Shown here: piece by piece, positions 45,391-58,985 of the stretch | How the letters are laid out: each line of letters opens with the position of its first letter | Numbering within the stretch: position 1 is the first letter of the stretch | From: Mobula hypostoma | Lineage: Eukaryota | Length of the DNA: 64,000 bases | Direction: 5' to 3' | NCBI RefSeq assembly: GCF_963921235.1 | Contig: NC_086117.1 | Coordinates: 16,616,001-16,680,000 of the forward strand | The notes under the pieces: generated by a model | What the model saw: the letters and a program-made list of their open reading frames with translations, nothing else | Told to the model about the DNA's origin: nothing | The model's database searches: none | Program-made: the position numbers and the translations under genes

Positions 45391-48350
45391 CCATAGAACA
45401 CTACAGCACAGAAAACAGGCCATTCAGCCCTTCTAGTCTGTGCCGAAACTTTATTCCGCTAGTCCCATTGACCTGCACCCAGTCCATAACCCTCCAGACC
45501 TCTCCCATCCATGTATCCTAGCCAATTTATTCTTAAAACTTAAGAGTGAGCCCGCATTTACCATGTCAGATGGCAGCTCGTTCCACACTCCTACCACTCT
45601 CTGAGTGAAGAAGTTCCCCCTAATTTCCCCCTAAACCTTTCCCCTTTCACCCTAAAGCCATGTCTTCTCGTATTTATCTCTCCTAATCTAAGTGGAAAGA
45701 GCCTACTCGCAGTTACTCTATCTATACCCCTCATAATTTTGTAAACCTCTATAAAATCCCCTCTCATTCATCTACTCTCCAAGGAATAAAGTCCTAACCT
45801 GTTCAATCTTTTCCTGTAACTCAACTGCTGAAGGCCAACATCCTAGTAAATCTTCTCTGCACTCTTTCAATTTTACTGATATCCTTCCTATTGTTAGGAG
45901 ACCAGAACTGCACATAATACTCCATATTTGGCCTCACCAATGTCTTATACAACCTCACTATAACATCCCAACTCCTATACTCCATACTTTAATTTATGAA
46001 TGCCAGGATGCCAGAAGCCTTCTTTACAACCCTGTCTACCTGTGATGCCACTTCCAGGGAATTAAGTATCTGAACTCCCAGATCCCTTTGTTCCTCCGCA
46101 CTCCTCAGTGCCCTACCCTTTACTGTTCATGTCCTTCCTTGATTTGTCCTTCCAAAATGCAACACCTCACACTTGTCTGCATTAAATTCCATCTGCCATT
46201 TTCTGACCCATTTTTCCAGTTGGTCCAGATCCCTCTGCAAGCTTTGAAAGCCTTTCTCGCTGTCCACAACGCCTCCAATCTTAGTGTCATCAGCAAACTT
46301 GATGATCCAATTTACCACATTTTCATCTAGATCACTGATATAGACCAGGGGTCCCCAACCCTTTTCGCACTGCAGACCAGGGTTTATCTAACGGATTTAA
46401 TATTAAAACACAGCGCATATTTTCCTCGCACGAATATAGCGATAAGTCAATTATCAGGGGAGCTTGAAGTAAGTGTTGAACGAACTTCCAGTAGAAGTGG
46501 TAGAGGCAGGTTCGATATTATCACTTAATGAAAAATTGGATAGCTATATGGACAGGAAAGGAATGGAGGGTTATGGGCTGAGTGCAGCTCGGTGGGACGA
46601 GGTGAGAGTAGTGTTCGGCACGGACTAGAAGGGCAGAGATGGCCTGTTTCCATGCCGTAATTGTTATATGGTTATATAAGTCACTTATAATAGCATCATA
46701 ACATTTTAAGTAATGTTTGGATATTAAACACACAGCGCATATTTTCCTCGTTTGAACATATAAAATCATTGCAACGCACCAATATCGCTGAATCAGTGGG
46801 AGCCCTGGGCTGAATACTTGTTTCCCTGCAACAAGACGGTCCTATCGAGGGGTGATGGGAGACAGCGATACTCGAAGGGGGTTCCTTATGTCGTCTATCC
46901 ACAATTTAGTTTTTGTTGCATTCATCGCAGAGATATGTTGGAAATGGAAGCAATGTTTTCAGTGCTTCCGTAGCTATCTCAGGATAGTCAGCCTTGACTT
47001 TGATCCGGAATGCCGGCAGAGATGTTATGTCAAACATACTTTTCAGCCCGCTGTCATTTGCAAGCTCGAGGAGTTGATCTCCTTCCCGCGCTGACACGGA
47101 TGACGCGCGGGTAATGAGCTCGTGTGTGTTCAAGCTCAACAGTGGGCGTGACAGGGAATGAAGAAAGGTGCAGCTGGCTCATATCACCAAATCATATCGT
47201 TTCCTCGCGGCCCAGTGGTTGGGGACCGCTGATATAGACAACAAACAACAATGGTCCCAGCACAGATCCCTGAGGCACACTACTAGTCACAGGCCTCCAG
47301 TCTGAGAAGCAATCATCCACTACCACTCTCTGCCTTCTCCCACACAGCCAGTTTCAAATCCAGTTTACAACCACTCCATGGATACCTAGTGTCTGAACCT
47401 TCAGAACTAACCTCCCACATGGGACCTTGTCAAAGACCTTACTAAAGTCCATGTAGACAACATCCACAGCCTTTCTTTCATCTATTTTCTTGGTAACCTC
47501 CTCGAAAAACTTTACAAGATTCGTTAGACACCATCTACCATGCACAAAGCCATGCTGACTATCCTTGATCAGACCTTGTCTGTCCAAATACTTGTATATC
47601 TTATCTCTCAGAACACCTTCCAATAATTTACCTACTACTGATGTCAGGCTCACCGGCCTGTAACTACCTGGTTTACTTTTGGAGCCTTTTTTAAACAACG
47701 GAACAACATGAGCTACCCTCCAATCCTCCGCCACCGCACCTGTGGCTAAGGACATTTAAAATATTTCTGCCAGGGCCCCCGCAATTTCTACACTAGTCTC
47801 TCTCAAGGTCCAAGGAAATATCATGTCAGGCCCAGGGGATTTATTCGCTGTAGGGCAGCAAACACCTCCTCTTTAATCTCTATATGTTCCATGACACTAC
47901 TGCTTGTTTCCCTTCCTTCCATATACGTTATGTCAGTTTCCTGAGTAAATACTGATGCAAAAAAAACTGTTTAAGATCTCCCCCATCTCGTGAGGCTCCA
48001 CACATAGACGGCCACTCTGACCTTCTAGGGGACCAATTTTGTCCCTTACTATCCTTTTACTCTTAATATACTTGTAGAAATCCTTCGGGTTTACCTTCAC
48101 ATTATCTGCCAAAGCAACCTCATGTGTTCTTTTTGCCTTCCTAATTTCCTTCTTTAGTATTTTCTTACATTTTCTATACTCTTCAAGTACCTCATTTGTT
48201 CTTTGTTGCCTATACCTGCTATATACCTCTCTCCTTTTGTTAACCAGATCGCCAAGATCACTTGAAAACCAAGGTTCCCTATGCCTGTTAACTTTGCCTT
48301 TAATCCTGGCAGGAACATGCAAACTCTGCACTCTCAAAATTTCGCCTTTG
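45391..48350 (-). mobile_element. CR1-clade LINE (ORF2 fragments), interrupted by a hAT element
   Basis: ORFs 47933-48337, 47354-47755 and 46127-46318 (FADDTK); close relative of the 30-33.5 kb copy. Confidence 0.9.
46346..47231 (-). mobile_element. hAT (Charlie/Buster-like) non-autonomous DNA transposon carrying a CR1 tail fragment (about 46528-46680)
   Basis: TIRs CAGGGGTCCCCAACC / CAGCGGTCCCCAACC. 8-bp TSD ATATAGAC at 46338-46345 and 47232-47239. Dimerisation-domain remnant DYPEIATEALKTLLPFPTYLC. Confidence 0.9.
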
Positions 48351-49281
48351 ATTGGTTTTAGAATCTATACAAAACAGTGCTTTCTCTCAGGATGTTATTT
48401 TTATTCCCAAGGGAGCTGAAATGGATCTAGATAGGAGATCTGAGGTCAGCAAAACCGACAACACGAGGATAGTTTGACCAGCCTATTCCATGCTGTATGT
48501 CAATAGATAAATAAAAAAGATTAGCCCCAGATTTTGCCATTTCTGCGATTATTTGGTGCTCAATGCTTTCAATTGGATACCTTCAATCAAGGCACACTCT
48601 GAAAAAAATCTCAAATGTCATTACGTAGAGATACTTGATTTGGTAGTACTATAGGTCTGCCACAAGATGGCATACAAGCTTAATCAATGGTTCTCCATCA
48701 CACTCAATCTCAGTGCAGATAAATGTCAAGCAAGGCTATCTCATTGAGAGAAAAAGGGCAATCTTTCCTTCCACTTGCTGTACCTCACTAATGCCATGTT
48801 TCTTGCTGGAGTGGAATGAATGTACAAAAGGGAAACCATTTAACTCATTTCCCCTGTACTGCAGAACCAATGTCAAACCATTTCCATTATGGAAATGATG
48901 CTTGTATACATTCGTTGAGACCCAGCACCAAGCCATCAACATCTTGATCACTGGAATGTCTGAGAGAATGGGTTTTACTTTTAAAACAAAACTGTTCCCA
49001 TTATACAATAGAGCAGCAAGGTAAATAGCGGTTAGTGCGATGCTTTACAGAGCCAACTGTATGATCAAGGTTCAATTTGTACGTAGAATGATCTATGCTT
49101 TTTACTTAAGTTTTTGTACATTGTCCCTATGATCACTTGGGATTTGGCTTGCTTCCATATTCCAAAGATGTATAGTAAGGATTAGTGAGTTATGGGCATG
49201 TTTTGTTAGTGCCAGAGGTGTGGTGACACTTGTGGGCTGCCCCCAGCATGATCCTCAGACTGCGTTGGTCATTGAAGTATG

Positions 49282-49403
49282 CTACACATTTCACTGTATG
49301 TATATTTCGATGTTTTGATGCACAATGTGACAAATAAAGACACTATACATTTCACTGTATGTATATTTCGATGTTTTGATGCACAATGTGACAAATAAAG
49401 ACA
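49282..49403. repeat. 61-bp tandem duplication in a SINE 3' end (SINE about 49020-49415)
   Basis: CTAYACATTTCACTGTATGTATATTTCGATG...AAATAAAGACA x2, with 1 mismatch. Confidence 0.9.
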
Positions 49404-50069
49404 GTCTCTCTTTAATCCTTAAATATTTTCGCTCCCAAAAAGACTACTCTATGATTAGAACCTGGGATAAGTAGACTATTTGCCATATTTTGAGAGTTAC
49501 TTTTTAAGGAAGGGAGACCCCAATGACGATCTCACCAACTACTTCAGTGCACTAACACAGACTCTTGGGCTGTCTGAGAAAAAGAGTGCTTGACGAGCAA
49601 GACACCAAAACTGGCTATTAGGTGTCAATGATCATTGCTCTCCTGGGCACTTCTGATACCTGCACCATCTATAGCGGGAACCTTAAGGTACTGGAGAGCT
49701 GCATCCAAAGCCGGCTCTGCAAAATCCTCCAAGCTCACCATCAAGATAAGTGAATCAGTATAGGTATCCTTTTCCAAGCCAAGATCCCAAGATCGGACAC
49801 CTAACTACACTCAGTTGGCTCAAACAGGAAGGCCATGTCCTTTGCATGTCTGACAGCTGGCTTTCAAAGGGGAGGGGGGTCAGATAGAGGAAGAAACTAC
49901 CAAGTGGACAGAAGAATACTCAAAATCTCCTTGAAAAAGTGTAACATTCCCAGTGACTCTAGGGAATCCTACAATGACTCATAGGAAGAAGGATTCTTGA
50001 TAGCACTTTACACTTCATGTCCATTGGTCAGGAACAAAGATCCCCAATAACAAGGTGGCCTACAGTCAT

Positions 50070-51275
50070 CTCTCTGACACAGTGGTGTCAAGAAAACAAC
50101 CCTTCCTCAATGTCGCAAAAACAAAGGAGCTGGTTGCGGATTACAGGAGGAATGGAGACCGGCTAACCCCTATTGACATCAATGGATCTGGAGTTGAGAA
50201 GGTAAACAGCTTCAAGTTCCGCGGCATCCACATCACCGAGGACCTCACGTGGTCTGTACACACTAGCTGTGTGATGAAAAAGGCACAACAGCGCCTTTTT
50301 CACCTCAGACAGTTGAGAAAGTTTGGTATGGGCCCCCCAATCCTAAGAACTTTCTTCAGGGGCACAATTGAGAGCATCCTGACTGGCTGCATCACTGCCT
50401 GGTATGGGAATTGTATCTCCCTTAATCGCAGGGCTCTGCGGAGAGTGGTGCAGACAGCCCAGTGCATCTGTAGTTGTGAACTTCCCATGATTCAGGACAT
50501 TTACAAGGACATCTGGGTAGTGGGTAGTGGCTCCATATGTCACTACTACAGGGTGTGACGACCCTGCCTTACATGAGTCCGGGGCCAAGCTGGCTCTAGC
50601 TGACAGTACCTGGTATGGGCCCCTATCCAGGGTTACAGATCCCATTGCCTTGTGGGTATCTTCAGGAGAAGAGAAGGCTAAGGAGTAAATACTATACAAA
50701 TCAGGAGTGGAGCCCCTAAGGCGGATGGATGACGTATCACGTCACCTCCTGGCAGCTCCTGCAGCCAGGCTGATGCCAAATGTACTACTTCACATTCCTT
50801 TGGACCACATCCGTGAGGCCGAGAGGGGGATCTTGTTGTCTGGGCAGCCCAGGATCTCCATATTCATCGCCCAGGTCTGCGCCCCCAACTGGGGGCATTC
50901 ATTGTCTACTTAGACAGACGGAGCCATTATTATTATTATTATTATTATTACTACAAGGACAGGTGTGTAAAAAGGGCCCGAAGGATCATTGGGGACCCAA
51001 GTCACCCAACCACAATCTATTCCAGCTGCTACCACCCAGGAAGCGGTACCTCAGTATAAAAGCCAGGACCAACAGGCTCCGGGACAGCTTCTTCCACCAG
51101 GCCATCAGATGATGAACTCACACTGACTTGAGTGTACTCTATAATTACATTGACTGTTCTATTTATTATAAATTATTATAAATTACTATGATTGTACATT
51201 GCACATTTAGATGGAGATGTAACATAAAGATTTTTACTCCTCATGTATGTGAAGGATGTAAGAAATAAAGTCAAT
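50070..51275 (+). mobile_element. Rex/Babar-type LINE 3' portion, interrupted by a nested retroposon
   Basis: LNVAKTKELVADYRR...FKFRGIHITEDLTW...KKAQQRLFHLRQLRKF...IESILT; the sequence continues after 50961. Confidence 0.85.
50512..50951 (+). mobile_element. Non-coding retroposon with (TTA)n tail and 10-bp TSD
   Basis: TSD TACAAGGACA at 50502-50511 and 50952-50961; (TTA)n tail at about 50926-50950. Confidence 0.8.
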
Positions 51276-52179
51276 TTAATCTCCCATCCTATCCAACCAC
51301 TGACTTCTGTTCAACAGGATCCCACTGAGTTTAGTAAAACTCACGGACAGAATGACGAAGATGGATGAAGGGTCTACCCTGGCAGAGAGTGCAGAGTTGA
51401 AAAAGTACAGGTTATAATTGGAGAAAATTATATACAGTATACATCTGCAAGCTATAACATGGTACAGTTGGTTCAAAATTACATTTTGCTCTTCAAACAA
51501 ATGCTTACAAATCTGCAACATTCTAGTAAATCTAAAATCCTTTAAAGGTTGAACATATCTGAGCAGCACTGAAGAAGCAAAGGTCAATCACCTCACTCAG
51601 ACTACTGGTGCATTTGCAGTATCAGCTGAATCTCAAATCTTCCCAACTCCAAGAAACAGCTTCCAATGTAATTACAGAACAAGAAATACAAAGGTTATCA
51701 GTTAAGATATCCCATTCAAGTATGTTGCTCAGCTGGTTTTTCTTATGTTAAATGTTGTGAAAGAACAAACAAAAGTTCAAAGTTCACTGCTTTAAAAACA
51801 AGTATGCAAGCTATTGACTTCCAGGATCTTGATAATGCTGCTCTAAACATTTTACAAGGGTAGAGAACGATAAATCAAATTCCTTCTTGTGACCAAGTAA
51901 TTTAAGATATCTGGGTCTCACTGTGTACCATATGGTTGAGTAATGATGCGTTTGTTTTGAGTACATTTTGGCATCAGGCCTCCAAAGAACTAATTATTCT
52001 AATCACTTCGCAGGATTTCTAAATAGATAAATTTCACCTGTACCTAAAAGAAAGCACATTTTAGAAGAAACCTTTTCATACACCAAACACCTTAAAGATT
52101 AACTAACAACAATTCTCGAAGCTAAAACACATTTTATAAAGTTATTCTCTGAAGAGATAAATTCAGTGTAAGCATTTAG

Positions 52180-55100
52180 AAACATAGAAAATAGGTGCAG
52201 GAGTAGGCCATTTGGCCCTTCGAGCCTGCACCGCCATTCAGTATGATCATGGCTGATCATCCAACTCAGAACCCTGTACTTGCCTTCTCTCCATACCCCC
52301 GATCCCTTTAGCCACAAGGGCCATATCTAACTCCCTCTTAAATATAGCCAATGAATTGGCCTCAACTGTTTCCTGTGGCAGAGAATTCCACAGATTCACC
52401 ACTCTCTGTGTGAAGAAGTTTTTCCTCATCTCGGTCCTAAAAGGCTTCCCCTTTATCCTTAAACTGTGACCCCTCGTTCTGGACTTCCCCAACAACGGGA
52501 ACAATCTTAAACATAGAATATAGAATAGTATAGCACAGTACAGGCCCTTCGGCCCACAATGTTGTGCTGACCCCTCAAACTCTGCCTCCCATATAAGCCC
52601 CCACCCTAAATTCCTCCATCTTCCTGCATCTAGCCTGTCCAATCCCTTTAGGATTTTATACGTTTCAATAAGATCCCCCCTCAATCTTCTAAATTCCAGC
52701 GAGTATAAGCCTAGTCGATCCAGTCGTTCATCATATGAAAGTCCTGCCATCCCAGGAATTAATCTGGTGAACCTTCTTTGTACTCCCTCTATGGCAAGAA
52801 TGTCTTTCCTCAAATTAGGGGACAAAACTGCACACAATACTCCAGGTGTGGTCTCACCAAGCTCCTTGTACAACTGCAGTAGTACCTCCCTGCTCCTGTA
52901 CTCGAATCCTCTTGCTATGAATGCCAGCATTCCATTCGCCTTTTTCACCGCCTGCTGTACCTGCATGCCCACTTTCAACGACCGGTGTATAATGACACCC
53001 AGGTCTCATTGCACCTCCCCTTTTCCCAATCGGCCACCATTCAGATAATAATCTGTTTTCCTGTTTTTGCCTCCAAAGTGGATAACCTCACATTTACCCA
53101 CATTAAATTGCATCTGCCATGAATTTGCCCACTCACCTAACCTATCCAAGTCACCCTGCACCCTCTTAGCATCCTCCTCACAGCTAAGACTGCCGCCCAG
53201 CTTCGTGTCATCCACAAACTTGGAGATGCTGCATTTAATTCCCTCGTCTAAGTCATTAATATATATTGTAAACAACTGGGGTCCCAGCACTGAGCCTTGC
53301 AGTACCCCACTAGTCACTGCCTGCCATTCTGGAAAGGTCCCGTTTATTCCCACTCCTTGCTTCCTGTCTGCCAACCAATTCTCTATCCATATCAATACCA
53401 TACCCCCAATACCGTGTGCTTTAAGTTTGCACACTAATCTCCTGTGTGGAACCTTGTCAAAAGCCTTTTGAAAATCCAAATATACCACATCCACTGGTTC
53501 TCCCCTATCCACTCTACTAGTTACATCCTCAAAAAATTCTATGAGATTCGTCAGACATGATTTTCCTTTCACAAATCCATGCTGACTTTGTCCGATCATT
53601 TCACCGCTTTCCAAATGTGCTGTTATCACATCTTTGATAACTGACTCTAGCATTTTCCCCACCACCGATGTTAGGCTAGCCGGTCTATAATTCCCCAGTT
53701 TCTCTCTCCCTCCTTTTTTAAAAAGTGGGGTTACATTAGCCACCCTCCAATCTTCAGGAACTAGTCCAGAATCTAAAGAGTTTTGAAAAATTATCACTAA
53801 TGCATCCACTATTTCTTGGGCTACTTCCTTAAGCACTCTGGGATGCAGACCATCTGGCTCTGGGGATTTATCAGCTTTTAATCCCTTCAATTTACCTAAC
53901 ACCACTTCCCTACTAACATGTATTTCCCTCAGTTCCTCCATCTCACTAGACCCTCAGTCCCCTATTACTTCCGGAAGATTAATTATGCCTCCTTAGTGAA
54001 GACAGAACCAAAGTAGTTATTCAATTGGTCTGCCATGTCCTTGTTCCCCATGATCAATTCACCTGTTTCTGACTGTAAGGGACCTACATTTGTCTTAACC
54101 AATCTTTTTCTTTTCACATATCTATAAAAGCTTTTACAGTCAGTTTTTATGTTCCCTGCCAGTTTTCTCTCATAATCTTTTTTCCCTTTCCTAATTAAGC
54201 CCTTTGTCCTCCTCTGCTGGACTCTAAATTTTTGCCAGTCCTCAGGTGAGCCGCTTTTTCTGGCTAATTCGTATGTTTCTTCTTTGGAATCGATACTATC
54301 CCTAATTTCCCTTGTCAGCCACGGGTGCACTATCTTCCCTGGTTTATTCTTTTGCCAAACTGGGACAAACAATTGTTGTAGTTCATCCATGCGATCTTTA
54401 AATGCTTGCCATTGCATATCCACCATCAACCCTTTAAGTATCATTTGCCAGTCTATCTTAGCTAATTCACGTCTCATACCTTCAAAGTTACCCTTCTTTA
54501 AGTTCAGAACCTTTGTTTCTGAATTAACTATGTCACTCTCCATCTTAATGAAGAATTCCACCATATTATGGTCACTCTTACCCAAGGGGCCTCTCACGAC
54601 AAGATTGCTAATTAACCCTTCCTCATTGCTCAATACCCAGTCTAGTTGGTTCAGAAAACCATCCCCCATACATTCCAAGAAATCCTCTTCCTCACCACCC
54701 TTACCAATTTGGTTCACCCAATCTATATGTAGATTGAAGTCACCCATTATAACTGCTGTTCCTCTATTGCACGCATTTCTAATTTCCTGTTTAATGCCAT
54801 CCCCAATCTCACTACTACTGTTAGGTGGCCTGTACACAACTCCCACCAGCGTTTTCTACCCCTTAGTGTTATGCAACTCTACCCATATCGATTCCACATC
54901 CTCCCAGCTAATGTTCTTCCTTTCTATTGCGTTAATCTCCTCTCTAACCAGCAATGCTACCCCACCTCCTTTTCTTTCATGTCTATCCCTCCTGAATATT
55001 GAGTATCCCTGAACGTTGAGCTCCCATCCTTGGTCACCCTGGAGCCATATCTCTGTGATCCCAACTATATCATATTCATTAATAAAAATCTGCACTTTTA

Positions 55101-55234
55101 ATTCATCCACCTTGTTACGAATGCTCCTTGCATTGACACACAAAGCCTTCAGGCTTGCTTTCACAACACTCTTAGCCCTTATACAACTATGTTGAAAAGT
55201 GGCCCTTTTTGATTTTTGCCCTGGATTTGCCTAA
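52180..55234 (-). mobile_element. CR1-clade LINE, near-complete ORF2 (frameshifted), with a small CR1-tail insertion at about 52509-52617
   Basis: ORFs 54856-55164 (NARSIRNK, GITE), 53983-54846, 53006-53941 (RT) and 52247-52978. Candidate TSD ATTTAG. Confidence 0.92.
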
Positions 55235-56696
55235 ATTTAGCACATCTTGCATCTTGCATTCCACAACATTAATATTATAAGGCATCTCTTCAAAGGCACC
55301 GTTTGAAAGTTAGTAAAAGATAATCGTTTCAGTTTAAACAAATTATGAAGGTATCAAGAAAGTATTTCATCTTTAGTTTTACATTTGACAAAAAAATGAT
55401 TATATTTTGTTCCATCTGTTTTTTCTAATTTTTAAATCAAGTTTATGACTAACAAACACAAAATTATCACCACGCTATCTTCTTACTTATTAAATACCAA
55501 ATACACACTTCTCCTGGCTTACACTTCGTGAACAAGCCCTCAGATGAGTACAGATGTACTGCTGGACACTAAAAGGGTAGAATTTTCCTGGTTAGGTAAC
55601 CGATTGGAGACTTGACTGTGCTCTGTCCAAGTAAGCTGCAATTTTTCCAACTTGCAAAACTTTGCAACCTGCATGTTTGGAACAATATAAACTTTCCTAA
55701 TATTTGTCCAGTCAGAAGACAGATCACAGTCTTTCACAAATAATTGTACTGGTATATGCTTCTAGCATCTACGAATAAGGCAGGTTGATGCCACTGAAGT
55801 ATTGAGATACTTAATTGTCCATTATGTCATTTGTAGTTCAAATGGAGGTTAAATATTCCACAGTGATATCTGAAATAAATATCCTGAATTCCTCTGTACA
55901 ACCGTCCACTATGTCATTCTAATGCAACATTATTTAAAATCAATTTGCTGATCAGTTACCCATGGCTCTGGGAAGCTTACTATGCAAACCGACTGCAGCA
56001 TCTAACTCCATAACAGTAACTCCAATTAAACAGTCAAGCATTGAATGCAAAATAATGTCAGAACATGACAAAATACAAGTCTATGAATTTGCATGCCTTT
56101 TCTAGGTCAGAGAAATTGTTGACTTATCGTATTACCATTCACCTATTGAAAAATGTGAGATAATAAAGGGGGAATTAATTACAAGGTTTAGCAACAGCAT
56201 TTAATATAAAGACTAGATTTTAATTTCATCTGAATATTTAAGTACAATCTAGTAGTGATTGACGACTGAGTTTCACAAGTTAGAATCCACAATAGAACAT
56301 TACAACTTGAATACCAAAGGCATCTTAGTTAGCCTAAAGTTCCCAACATAGACCTTTCACTTTTGTATGTATGCATAGATGTAGTCTTCCAAGAACCTTG
56401 TAAAATGCACTGGTGATTGTTGGGAGGAGAACTTTATGTTGACTTGGTGTAATGATTCCTTGTGAAGAAGGTTTAGGCACACTTTCTCTATGGTGATGAG
56501 TCCAATTCAGTTTTAAGTAGCAATGTTATTCCTAAAGGACACAACTTATATAAGAAAGAGGCAGAAATCAATTTAAACATCTAGTAATTAAAAATGTTTT
56601 AAAAATTAATTTGAAGCCTTTATAAAACAAAACCAGGAAAGATGTTTCCTTTTCAGTAATGGCAGCCTTGCAAAATGCTGGCATGTTAGAAGTGGG

Positions 56697-57083
56697 CTCA
56701 AAACACACCCATTCTCTAAAGGAATAAAAATAGGTAAAGGTTTCTTCTTATCCAGCGGATTCTGATCCCCTGGAGTCTGGAATAAGTTCAAGTGCAAGCT
56801 ATTTTTAACAACAATTTTCTTGTACATGGCTTACTAGGTTTTATGCTTTCACAACACATGCCAGTCGGTGATAATAATCTCGATTCTGATTCTCAAAGCA
56901 CATCCATTCTCTTAAAAGAATAGAAATAGGTAAAAGTTTCTTCTTATCCAGAGGATTCTGAACCCCTGGAGTCTGGAATAAGTTCAAGTGCAAGCTATTT
57001 ACAACAATTTTCTTGTACATGGCTTACTAGGTTTTATTATTTCAAAACACATGCTGGTCGGTGATTATAAACCCGATTCTGAT
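56697..57083. repeat. Diverged tandem duplication of about 195 bp
   Basis: Units 56697-56891 and 56892-57083 are colinear, each ending in a GATTCTGAT LINE-like tail. Confidence 0.9.
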
Positions 57084-58167
57084 ACTGAAAACAAAGTGAA
57101 AGTCAATCTGAGCCAAAACATTTTCCAAAGATTGAAGACAAGTATGGTGTTATTTTTACAACTGTCAATAATTTGAAGAAAATCACCTGCTCCATGTAGA
57201 TGATGTAATGATTTAATTCTGACCATAAATGTAAAGAAATTCAATATCTCATTGGCAGATTTGTATCACAAAACTAGATTAGTATAAATAGCTGACAGAC
57301 ATTTTACACCTTTGAAAACAATTGAGATTAAACTGTCACTTTACCTGGGATATTAAAAGGAGAACAATAGCATTTTAAAGTGCTCCCTTTCCCGCCCCCA
57401 CCATGCATGCATGATATTATTTCCTGGGTGATATATAAAGCAGCACAATTCAACAAAGAAAAACTGACATATTCAAAATATTTAAATCTTCAAAAATTTG
57501 CTATTGGTTTAAACTCTACTCAGCAGCTTTCTAATGCCAGCAATCAAGCTTCTGTGAAGACCAGCCTGACAAACAACCACACATTGTATATAACCAGATG
57601 AAATAAAATTATTATTTTTGATGGTTCTTCAAAATGATCTGCAATTCATGTCATTTGAGAGATCTTAAGACTAAACAACATCGAAAAACTAAAGAGAAAA
57701 ATATGCATTGCCATGAGACAGTACACAAAATAGATATTAAGAGCTAAAAACTAATGATTAAATAAGTTTGATTACACCCTGAACTACTATACTATGATAA
57801 AATGCACCTTTAAATGTATCAATACAAAGAAGCCATGTACTGTTGTTGAGGTGGAGAAGCTTGTTTATGGGTGAGGTTTGAAGTTCTATCAGATCTTCTG
57901 CTAATTCACTTCAAAAAACCCAGCCAGATTTTCCCACACAGAACGTTCAATGTGACCAGTAAAGACTCAGTTTCCAATCAACAAGAAGTTATTGTACAGT
58001 GTTGCAAAGCTCTTGACTCGTCACTTGAAATAGATACACTAAACACTCTCACCCCAAACTGGCCTCTCACCACAGTGGTACAAGTAATCAATGACAGAAG
58101 AGGTGAAGGCTTAATTTCAAGGCATGCAATACAGTTAGGATAGAACAATAAACATAAATAAATATTC

Positions 58168-58258
58168 ATATATTCAAACATTTTCCCTCCAAAATATTTC
58201 ATGGTAATTATTTATTTATTACCATGAAATGTTTTGGAGGGAAATTGTTTGAATGTAT
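58168..58258. repeat. AT-rich inverted repeat (41-bp arms, 9-nt loop)
   Basis: ATATATTCAAACATTTTCCCTCCAAAATATTTCATGGTAAT versus its reverse complement at 58218-58258, with 3 differences. Confidence 0.9.
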
Positions 58259-58345
58259 TCAAATTATAATGACAGTCTTCTATCTCAAGCAGAATCATAT
58301 GCAGCTTTGCTTCAAAAGGTAGCAAAATTTGCTTAAAGAAAGCAA

Positions 58346-58985
58346 CTCAGAATCAGAATCAGGTTTAACATCACCGGCATACGTCATGAAATATGTTGTT
58401 TTGCAGCAGCTGTACACTGCAATAGTTCAACGTCCAATCAGAAATCTGATGGCAGAGGGGAGGAAGCTATTCCTGAATTGTTGAGTGTGTGCCTTCAGGT
58501 TCCTGCACCTCCTCTCTGATGGTAGCAATGAGAAGAAGAGGGCATGTCCAGGGTGAAGGGGGCCCTTAATGATAAATGTCGCCTTTTTGAGGCAATGCTC
58601 CTTGAAAATGTTCTGGGGTTGCTGGGGAGGCTAGTGGCCATGATGGAACTGACTGAATTCACAATTTTCTGCAGCTTATTTCAATCCTGTGCAGTGCCCG
58701 CCTCCCCGCAACACATAGTGATACAGCCAGTTAGAATGCTCTGCACAGTATATCTGTAGAAATTTGCGAGTGTCTTTGGTGTCATGCCAAATCTTCTCAA
58801 ACTCCTAATGAAATACAGTTGCTGTCGTGCCTTCTTTGCAACTACATTTGATAAGCTGGACCCAGGATAGATCCTCAGAGATATTGATACCCAGGAACTT
58901 GAAATTGCTCACCCTTTTCACTACTGATCCCTCAATGAGGACTGGTGTGTGGGCCGTCGTCTTACCCTTTCTGAAATCCACAATA
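58346..58985 (-). mobile_element. Rex/Babar-type LINE 3' fragment
   Basis: (TCAGAA)n tail at the left end and degenerate RT C-terminal motifs on the minus strand. Confidence 0.65.
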
